Under the pieces are notes generated by a model. The model was not told where the DNA came from and made no database searches. It saw nothing but the letters and a program-made list of their open reading frames with translations. A stretch of 64,000 nt of DNA. It comes from Mobula hypostoma (lineage: Eukaryota). The stretch is taken from positions 17,670,001 through 17,734,000 of the forward strand of contig NC_086120.1 of the NCBI RefSeq assembly GCF_963921235.1, written 5' to 3'. Position numbers and translations under genes: made by a program. The stretch's first letter is position 1. The number at the start of each line of letters is the position of its first letter. This document shows positions 24,481 through 34,300 of the stretch, piece after piece.

Positions 24481-25264
24481 TTATTGATACAATAAAGCAG
24501 TCTTTGATACCTCAGCTAATCTCAGCTAAATCCTTACCACTTGTATCTGAATGTATGGAGGAGAGAATAGAGACAATCAGACAGACAGAGTGATATTCCT
24601 GACCTGCTTTTGAAAACTGTACTTGAACTTGGCCATTCAGACTGCCCTTTGTAGTTATGTCTCCCACTTCTTCTGGGAGAAGTGGAAACGCAGATAAAAC
24701 AGCAGGTTAATTAAGAGTGAGGGGGAGATCTAGAAAACAGTGTTCAAGCCCATTTCAGCTGATCTTAACTTGTCCAGGTAATTGGCTGATTATTATTGTG
24801 TCGCAGTCTTGGAATTGTCAGGTAGCATCAGAAAACCACTCTGTATCCGGCTCACACGAGCCACCCTACAGCATCTCAGAGAGAGATGGAAGTTTATTGT
24901 TATGGGAATCATATTGTGCTGCATGTTATCCTTTTACTAGTCAGCAGGGGGAAGCTTAGACTAGCTGTTCCACTACTGGTCAGTCTGTGCTTATCCCCAC
25001 ATGATAGATATTCACCCAAAAAGCTTATTGTTAATCCCAGCTTTGCTAGACAGCAGTATGACCTTTCCAAAGGGGCAGAGTTGTTTGTGACAAAGTTAAA
25101 CTGCTAACCAGTACTACTTGCTCAGCTTCTTGTTGTCAACAAGTAAAGAATGAAGTCTTGTAGACCCATGTTTAATCAACATATATCAGTGGGGTTATGT
25201 TAATTGGCCTGTATCAAACCAGCCAACACTGGATGTTAATTGCACAGCTCTGACTGAGTTCAAG

Positions 25265-26060
25265 GAAGCTGCAAACCAGACTGATTGTGTCACTCACCGC
25301 GTCAAACATGGTTACAGGTATAGTTGATCAATCCACAGTTGGGATATCTGTGTATTCAAGAGAGTCAGCCCTCAAAGAATTAACTTTGGGTGTTTAGGAT
25401 CTCTGTCCCCAGAAGCTCTTAGACCATCTGTTTGAATTACTTTGTCCCAGGAAATGCATCTGAAAAACATCACATGTAGATAATGTCAACTAATAGCAAG
25501 TCAGTATAAACTTAGAAAGCATTTGGGATTGTTTCAAATAACAAGGAGAATGACAGAAAGATGGAGGTGTCAGAAAGAAGAACTAGAGTTCATTCCTCAA
25601 ACTTCAGTTTCTGCAACAGACCACTCATATGTTTGCTTTTTGTTGGTATGTTCATCTTGTTCATAAGAATTGAACCAGGGTTTGGAAATCCTTTTTACTT
25701 TATACAACTCCAATTTGGGAATTTTTTTATAAATCAGAAATCCTCTGAGAGTTTTAAACTGTATTAAGAACTATTTGGCTAACTTTAAAAATGTATCATT
25801 AAAAATAAAACAAACTGTGTTAAACTACTTTGTCAACTGGAGTATCTCCTCCTTGGTAGGGAGGGGGAATCCAGCACTCGAACTGTAAGTTTTGGCAGCT
25901 GGACCTCACTGCAGAGGCTAGACAGAGAAATAAGCTGGTCTTTGAAGAGTAGGTTGATACCCTATAGTGAGGGTACTCATAGATACCTATAGCAGATAGG
26001 GTTGAAAATCCCCTGTTGAGTTTAGGGATTTGTGGAGAGTGAGCCCAGTACCATCACACC
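25265..26060. repeat. Unclassified dispersed repeat, copy 2
   Basis: Same-orientation similarity to 6660-7418. Confidence 0.8.
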
Positions 26061-26395
26061 AGATGCACCATCTGCTATACAGTATAGAAGTACAGAGTAG
26101 TAGCCTTGGTCTATGCAGACCAGTGGAGTGGCCAATAACCATTTAGAAAACTTTGCTTGTCGTGGTTATTTCAGGGAATAGTGTGAAGCAGTACTTCTGG
26201 AATTGTGCTATCCAATTTAGAGAACTGAGACACCCTCCCAGTGGAGGTATGTCGATGGATATGTTTCAGTAACTATACTGGTGGAGATGGGAATCGATAT
26301 TTGGACCTTCCCTTTTTTTTTACAAGGTGTCTGCGTGGATACCAGTTATGTTTCTTCTTTCTAAATACTTTTAGTCACAAATAAAAGTGGGAGCT

Positions 26396-27210
26396 TATGA
26401 TGATGGTGCCTAACGGCAACTCCTCTGCTTGCATCTTCGGAAACAGTTCTATTTCTATCTTTAATATCTCTATTTTTTCCCTTTCAAGGTTCTTTTGAAG
26501 ACCCTGACCTGGAGTTACATGCTGACTTCAGTTCTTTGCGGAAATGGGACCCGCTCTCAGAGCCTCACGACCAGCCACATTTCAATATGCCAAGGACGCG
26601 GCCTGGAAGATTAGCGAGTCTTCAGGGTGCCGGATTTTCGTGGCTATGGAGGCAGGCAGATTCGAGGTCAGTGCCCCTGCCTGATGTGTCATGAGAGTAC
26701 ACGGAAGATCGAAAGCAGCGAGCTGGCTGCTGGCTGTGTGTCCAGAGACCTGAGTTCTTTGGGCACAGAGCTCGGAAAAAGTAACACAACAGACTTTTAA
26801 CACCATAAATCAGCGGTTGTTTTGTTATGTCTCCCCTCTCACTGTGAAGCGGGGACACCTCTTTTTCCCATATTAAGGAGAAAGAGAGCCTGTGGTATGT
26901 CGAATGACTGGGTGAATGAGTAGTCTTTGGGGTACTGCAAGCCTGTGTCTTTATTGAAGCTTGCTGCACACTTGAGTGCTCGGTGAAGGATGCAGATGCT
27001 TGTTTGCTGGTGGGGGAGGGGGATTGTTGCTTTGTTGCTGCTTATGCGTGGGAGGGGGGAGCTGGGGGGGGTGCTTTGGCGTCCTAACATTTAACTGTCA
27101 TTCATTCTTTAGGGCACTCTTCTGTTTTTATGGATGTTTGCGAAGAAAAAGAATTTCAGGATGTATATTGTATTCATTTCTCTGACATTAGATGTACCTA
27201 TTGAAACAGA
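26396..27210 (+). mobile_element. Probable non-autonomous non-LTR retroelement
   Basis: GC-richer block starting near GATGGTGCC, with G-rich and T-rich 3' parts ending CTGACATTAGATGTACC..GAAAC. No coding capacity. Classification is by resemblance only. Confidence 0.45.
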
Positions 27211-27668
27211 TTTATTTGCCATATTTTAAATCATTCTCAATATGTAGACATTGCCTGCAATTCCAGTAGTAATTGTCTATCCTTACGTGCAGTTAAAAGT
27301 GAACTATAGTGGAGCAACACACAAAGCACAGGAGGAGGCATTGGGACAGGTAGCATCTATGGATGCTTTGGGTCGAGACTCTTCACCTGGACTGGAAAGA
27401 AAGGGGAGATAACCAGTATAAAAAGTTAGTGGGAGGGGCTGGAGCAAGAACTGGCTGGTGATGGTGGATCCAGGTGAGGGGATGAAAGGCAAAAGATGGA
27501 AGGGGTAGAGTGGGAACGGTGTACAAGCTGGAGCTGAGAGGTGGAAGTGACAAAGGGTTCAAGATAAGGGAGACGGTGAATTGAGAACATCTTCAAAAGG
27601 CAATGCCTCAAAAAGATAACATCCATCATTAAGGACCCCCGTCGCCCAGGACATGCTCTCTTCTCATG

Positions 27669-27721
27669 GTGCAAAAGTCTTAGGTACATATATATAGCTA
27701 GGTTGCCTAAGACTTTTGCAC
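27669..27721. repeat. 16-bp perfect inverted repeat (MITE-like remnant)
   Basis: GTGCAAAAGTCTTAGG (27669-27684) and CCTAAGACTTTTGCAC (27706-27721) flank a TA-rich spacer. Confidence 0.75.
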
Positions 27722-29370
27722 AGCACTGTGTTTGTTAACATGGAGTGGAGGGAAAGCTTGTAAGTCTGGCGGGAGCAATGGATATTGGGAATAGTGAGGG
27801 TGGAGCACTGCAGGAGAACATTCCCTTCTTTGAGAAGCATTGGAGAATTAGGTGGGTTTCAACAACAGTTCGGTAATTCCATGGTTGCTGTTACCAAAGT
27901 GTGTGAGCTGCAACTGCAGAGGACAGACTGAATGGACAAGTTCAGGTACCGTTTTCAATGGCAGCTCTGGAGTATGATCCTATCTGGCTCTCTGCTCTCC
28001 TCTCCTCCATGGATTCAGAGGAGAACAGTAAAGATTTAGTTGAGATTTATGGAATTCAATGACCTTTACTTTTATTTAATTCTTTTTAAATTTAAAAACT
28101 TCAAATTCAAATACTCTGGTTATCATGCTGAGATGTTAACTCATGACTTGGAATTTAAAACTTTGGCCGTTAGCCCAGTAATGTAACCATTACACAGTAC
28201 TAATAAGCTCTATTCCTTCCTGGCCTTCATACGATGCTGACACACCATACTATTACTCAAAGGTCAAGTCCTGGACACTGGAGCAGATTTAAACTGCACT
28301 GATTGTTGGCTACCAGGTACAAGCGCTGGAGGAGGGAGGACCATGCTTGGGTTGAATCTAACCTGGTTCAGAAAGTACCCTACACACCTTGACCCTGCCT
28401 AGCTTTCTCTTGTCTTTCCTCTGCTGCAGCAGTAGAGGGTATTAAAACGCTTGCTGGTACCCAATGATTATATCCACGCCATATCTTCTACAGCCCTGCT
28501 ACTTACGAGGAAGTGGGAGGGGCACAGTCAAGGTACACAGAGGCAGAAAACTGTCACGAATGGTATCATGGAAATACCATTTGCCAAATAGCCAGCTGAA
28601 CCAGTAGACAGGCAGAGGTAGCCACAGATCCTTGGGATGATTGGCAACAGTCAGAAGGCTAGGAAAAGAGCCACACAGTTGAAGTGGGAAGACAAAGATG
28701 GAATTACTTTTGTAAGCTTATTGCCAGCACGGCGTGTTGAAAGAGCTGGGGATTCCTGTCAAGTGTCACACCAAATGGGTTTACTTCACCCACCAATTCT
28801 GATCTATTCTCCTTCCCCATTGGTAGTGTTATATCCCAAGATGTAACTGTGGCTGTAAAGACACCAATGACAATCTGAGTTTTGTCTCAATATGTCTTAG
28901 GATCATAGAAGTGAAACTTCGCAATAGGTGATTTACGGTCTCAAATGATCAAAATTTCTCTGCTGTTAACATTTAGGATGTCATTGTTATCAGTCATCGA
29001 TGTCTTTAAAGGCAAGACTAATTTTACAAAATGAAATGTTGCATTCTGTGGGTTTTTCCCAATTGTTGGCTGTCAATTGCTGTTTGGTTTTCTTTTGGTG
29101 TGTATTTTTTTTTTAAACAGACCCTGTTGCTAGCCTTTGTTTTCACGGCATATTGTGGTGAACCAGTTGTTGGTTAGCAGGGAGGCCCAAAGTGTTGATA
29201 GGTACTGTATAACATTTGAAATTGGCCATATAGAGGGTTCATTTTTGTTATGACTCTTGACATCTCCAACAGCCTTCAGGCATGTATCATAGCTATTGGT
29301 TAACTTGGTTGACAGCCATTAGCACGATCATCAGTCAAGTGGAGGTGAGCATGGCGGCAGACGACCTTCC

Positions 29371-29574
29371 TCTGATTTTAACTGAAAATTCTAGCTGTCG
29401 GACCAACTCCTCGGCAGGCTTTTGGTTGCTCGTGATGGAGCTGAGCAGCTCCTGGATGTTGATGCTGGAGTTAGAATTTGAGTCAGCCTGTTGTGCCTTC
29501 ACCACACCCACGCTGCCCATGAAGTTGGCCAGCACCAGAGACAGTTTGGAGCTTCCAGACCCATCTGGGTACTG
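29371..29574 (-). pseudogene. PPP1R10: Fragment resembling the central region of PPP1R10/PNUTS
   Basis: Translation PDGSGSSKLSLVLANFMGSVG..SINIQELLSSITSNQKPAEELVRQLEFSVKI matches, from memory, PNUTS [48 protein letters not shown]. No other PNUTS sequence was recognised in the window. Confidence 0.72.
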
Positions 29575-31008
29575 ATACTCACTGCGGCCACAGTCTCTAT
29601 AATCCAATAATCCAGCTATCATGTACAACACATGGCTACTGTGCCATTTCTGCCTTCAGTAATTGCAAGGCTCCATATGTATCACTTCTGGTATTTCTCA
29701 TTCTGGAAATTCTATAATCTGAGCTGTCATCGCTTCTGAGCAATTCCCGTACATATATCACTTCCTTTCCTTTTCATTTTAAAGCAAGGTCTGCATTCAT
29801 ATAATCTCCTTCTCAAACTCAAGAAGCCCCAAATCCTGAATAACCAATGTGATAGCTTCCAAAGGCAATCACTCTTACTGTATAGTGTGGGAGATCTCAC
29901 AGCAAGGCTGCACAAGTGGCAACTGTATTAATGACCGCAAGATCTAATAAGGTATGGTGCACAATAAGGCAAACAGACCAGGTTATCATGTCATGGGGGC
30001 TTTAAAATTCACACAGAGGGGCCTCAATTTACCAGCTCATCCAAATAAAATATACACCTCCAATAGTGCTTTATTACTACAAAGCTACAGACAGGGCCGG
30101 ATTAATCTAGTAGCAAAAGTAGCATATGCCACGGGCCCTGCATTTTCGAGGGCCCTGACCATACTAAATGCTTGCAAGCTGCAGTCTGGTGACATCGACA
30201 TCTCACCATATTCTCACGACTGTTAGAGTGAGTTTTGAGTAGACAATTCATTTACACTTAAATAAATGACTTCAGCCATCAGTCTTCTGTTCTTTGACAA
30301 AGTACTGTGGATTGAGTTCATAACAATGCATTTCCTAAAAGCTGTGAACCCACTTTCATTTGTAACAATGCATCTCTGGCGCCTCTGAGACAACAATGCT
30401 AAGTTTATAGGTAGTTGCGAGGACACCGTATCTATGCTTTTTGAATATGAATTGTCCTCTATGTTAGCACGTAACATACCAAATAATGTATCATGGATTT
30501 TAACTTGCATTCCTAAAGGCCATAAATGCCAGCTTAGGCATACTAGCACCGGTAGAATGAATTTAATCAGAAGATGTGAGAATTTCGAAGAATTGTCTAT
30601 ACTTGTAACTATGAACTGTCCTTTGTGTTTAGCAAATAAATATCGAGCCTCAGTCACAAGGCGGGTAGATCTGTTCTGCCAGGGGTCTCTGCTTGCTGTA
30701 ATCTTGTTTTGTCAAATAAAGAAACTGCCTTGTACCTACCGGTAACGCAACGCTCTATGATTTCATCCATGCCACAACGATGATCTGGCAATGCTGTTGT
30801 TTTCATGTCGGGGGAGCTGCATGCTGCACGGTGCAATATGTGTGTGCAGGCGTGTGTTGGCTCCTTGCTGTGTTGTGGTATAAATGCTCATGCAAACCAA
30901 GGAAGGGGACATAAATCATACCTATCTAAAACAACATGTGAGGAATTCATCAATCTGATTGGATCCAGCATACTGGATCACATTATCGGTGGTGAAGAAA
31001 TACAAGTA

Positions 31009-31149
31009 GTCTTGACGAAGGGTCTCGGTCCGAAACGTCGACTGTACCTCTTCCTAGAGATGCTGCCTGGCCTGCTGCGTTCACCAGCAACTTTGATATG
31101 TGTTGCTTGAATTTCCAGCATCTGCAGATTTCCTCGTGTTTGCATTTTT
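31009..31149 (+). mobile_element. Short Penelope-like repeat with hammerhead motif, inserted in the hAT transposase
   Basis: 11-bp TSD AAATACAAGTA (30998-31008, 31150-31160). Nearly identical to the right arm of 55785-56005. Confidence 0.8.
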
Positions 31150-31440
31150 AAATACAAGTATTGTTCTGTTTCATTGGATTAGAATCCAGATATATCTAAT
31201 GTGGACTTTGACTGTGCGCTATGTTTTGCCATCTGGGCCAGTTGAAAGATTTGTGAAGTTTTTGGATATGGAAGGTCATAGTGCTGAACAGCTCACTCAA
31301 AGCTCATTTGACCTTTTAAGGGAAAATGACATTGATATAAAAGACAGCCGTGGTCAAAGTTATGACAATGCCAGCAACATGAGTGGCAAGTATAGTGGCT
31401 TACAAGTACGAATTAAAGAGCTGAATGAGTTTGTGGATTA

Positions 31441-32112
31441 GATTAGATTAGATTATGAGTACGCGCAGTCCTTGTTTATTGTCATTTAGAAATGCATGCG
31501 TGAATTAAGAAATGATACAATGTTCCTCCAGAGTGATATCACAGAAAAACAGGACAAACAAAAGACTAACACTGACAGAACCATATAATTATAACATATA
31601 GTTACAGCAGTGCGAAGCAATACCATAATTTGATAAAGAGCAGACCATGGGCATGGTAAAAAAAAGTCTCAAAGTCCCGAGTCCCCGATAGCAGGCAGCA
31701 AAAGGGAGAAACTCCCTGCCATAAACCTCCAGGCACTGACAACTTGCCAATGCATTGGAAGCACCCGACCGCAGCTGACACTGAGTCTGTCCGTCCAAAA
31801 AATTCGAGCCTCTGACCAGCCCCTCCAATACAGCCTCCCGAGCGCCTTCCTCTGCTGAGTGCCTTCGACCTCGCCCTGGCTGCCAAAACAAGCAAAGCTG
31901 AGGATTCGGGGCCTTCTCCTTCGGAGATTCCGGACCACACAGTAACAGCGGCAGCGAAGTGGGAATTTCAGAAGTTTCTCCAGATGTTCCTCCGTACTCT
32001 CGCATCTGTCTCCATCAAATCAGAATTGTGCATAATACCCTACTTGACACATAACAGATATCATTCACTGGAGTGGCCGCGCGCGCTGCGTCGCGCCGCC
32101 ATCTTCTCCTCT
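31441..32112 (-). mobile_element. Young non-autonomous retroelement with (TAATC)n tail, inserted in the hAT transposase
   Basis: Minus-strand 5' end GAGAAGATGGCGGCG, CpG-rich, AATAAA and (TAATC)n tail. Removing it restores the transposase ..ELNEFVD/YIPCFAHSLNL. A ~50-bp copy of its 3' tip lies at 22371-22421 (+). Confidence 0.8.
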
Positions 32113-34061
32113 TTACATTCCATGTTTTGCACATTCACTAAATTTGGTTGGAAAATGTGCTGCTCAATGTTGTCAAGAAGCATTAATTTTCTTTCAACTT
32201 GCAGAAAGCCTGTACACATTTTTTTCTGCTTCTGCTTATCGGTGGGATCTCCTTTCTGCTGCATTATCTGATGGTGGTGCTCATTTGCCCATTGTGAAAA
32301 GAATGTCAGATCCCAGGTGGTCAGCTCGTGCAGATGTAACAAAAGCACATTTACACAGCTTTTCTGCAATAAAACAAGTCTTGGATGACATTTCAAATAG
32401 CAATGATCAGAAGGCAGAGTGTCAACAACAGGGTCATGGACTACTTTCAACCATGATAAAGTTGGAAACAGCAATAATGGTCATATTGTGGGATCAAGTA
32501 TTACAGCATTTTCAAATGACTAGTGCTTCTTTGCAATCTTCTGGCCAAGACTTAAACACAGCTTGTGCACTCTATGAATCGTTGCATGGATATATTCAAG
32601 CTATGTGGTCTACTTTTTCAGACATTGAGCAAAAAGCCGAGAATCTAAGTGTGAAGATTATCAGCAGCAAACTCGAAGAAAACACAAGCAAAATCGCGCA
32701 TATGATGACTTCAGTGGTTCCAGCACTCTTGATCCACTTGTTGAATCTCAAACACCTTCTCAGAAGTTTAAAAGCCGAACATTTCTTGCCATTATTGACA
32801 GCTTGCTTTCTGCCCTCTCAAAAAGGCAGAAAGCTTATCTAAAGGTGAATGGTGTTTTTGGATTCCTTCAGCGGTTACAGTCGTTTACACCTGAAGAGAT
32901 CGTAAAGAGGTCATCAAATCTTATTAAATCATAACCGGAAGATCTGGAAGAAAGTCTTGACAAAGAATTTGTGCAGTTTACTGAACTGTTGAAAACTGAT
33001 CTTGCTTCTCATATTGGTGCCAAACAAGACCTTGTAGAGTTACAGTTGTACTGTTTGATAACTGACAATTCTTTGGAGTCACGTTTTCCAAATGTAGAAA
33101 ATGCCTTGCGCATCTATTTGTCACTCATGGTTATCAACTGCAGTGGAGAACGCTCATTTTCAAAACTGAAAAGGATTAAGAATGAACTAAGGAGCACCAT
33201 GGGTCAAAACAGATTGAACAATCTCACTCTAATGAGCATTGAACATGAACCTCTGCATGAAATAGACATTTCCAGTATCATCAACAAATTTGCTCATGCT
33301 AAATCTAGAAAATCTAACTTTTAAATTGTAGTTTTGTTACTTTTGACATTAGAAATTGATACTTACATGTAAATAATACAATTACTGAAGTGTCAGACAT
33401 TTGTCGCATTATCTGGCTGTATAGCAAATGAAAAAATTGAATTACTTTATTATGCAAGTAAACAATTTATGTTTTAATACTTAGGTGCATTTTTTAAATT
33501 TAGGGCCCCTTTATAACATATGCCACAGGCCCTGCACTAGTTTAATCCGGCCCTGGCTACAGAGGAGAGCCAGTAGGATTGTGTGCTCAGTTCTATGGAC
33601 AGGAGCTTAAAGTGCAATCATTGACACACAGACAAGAGTTCTGTTTCATTCTGTTTTGTTCTGCAATATTGAAATTTTCGGTTCACTGTTCTTAGAAACA
33701 CGCAGCATTTTCCCACACCTATGCTGGTCATCTTGGGACTCGCAGAGTTAACAAGGGACTATGGAATCGCTCAGTGTGAAATTTAAAGATTCTTTGTGCA
33801 ACTTGAGCATGGTGGAAAGTTGTAAGGCACTCCAGAGGGAGCACAACTGGTGTGAGACAGATTACTGTCCCCTGACCCCTCCCGGTTGGGGTATGTTAGT
33901 GGCCATCCAGTGAAGACAAGATTAGGGGAATTCCTTCCCTTCTTGATTTGTCATCCAATCTGCTGGTAGTCACCTGAGAGGCTCACCGTTGAGGGGACAG
34001 CAGTACTAGTGGTGGTGATACCATACATGTCCTCTAGGTGATGCACTTGCCCAGAAAAGTG

Positions 34062-34300
34062 ACGCAAGAGAGTCTGCAGATGATGGAAATCTTGGAACAA
34101 AACACACAACATGCTGGAGGAACTCAGCAGGTCAGGCAGCATTCCATGGAAGGGAATGAACAGTCAAAGTTTTGGGCCAAGAGCCAATGAAGGGTCTTGA
34201 TGAAAGGTCTCGCCCTAAAATGTCAATTGTTCATTTGCCCCCATCAATGCTGCCTGACCAACTGGTTCATTCCAGCATTTTGTGAGTGTGGTTGCTCATA
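34062..34300. mobile_element. Older Penelope-like inverted-arm repeat
   Basis: TGCTGGAGGAACTCAGCAGGTCAGGCAGCAT arm plus its inverted counterpart, with a degenerate TTGATGA..AAAATGTC hammerhead box. Confidence 0.65.

Larger units (their letters stand above)
30092..33555 (+). mobile_element. hAT DNA transposon (Tip100/ZMYM1-like transposase), both ends intact, transposase disrupted
   Basis: TIR CAGGGCCGGATTAA(T/A)CTAGT and 8-bp TSD GCTACAGA (30084-30091, 33556-33563). Transposase fragments RGQSYDNASNMSGKYSGLQ, CFAHSLNL, RWS, and the dimerisation motif SGERSFSKLKRIKNELRSTMGQNRL ending at 33324. Confidence 0.95.

Noticed and set aside
30880-33324. Possible domesticated ZMYM1-like host gene
   Set aside because: Frameshifts, stops, two nested insertions and intact TIR/TSD show a decaying transposon.
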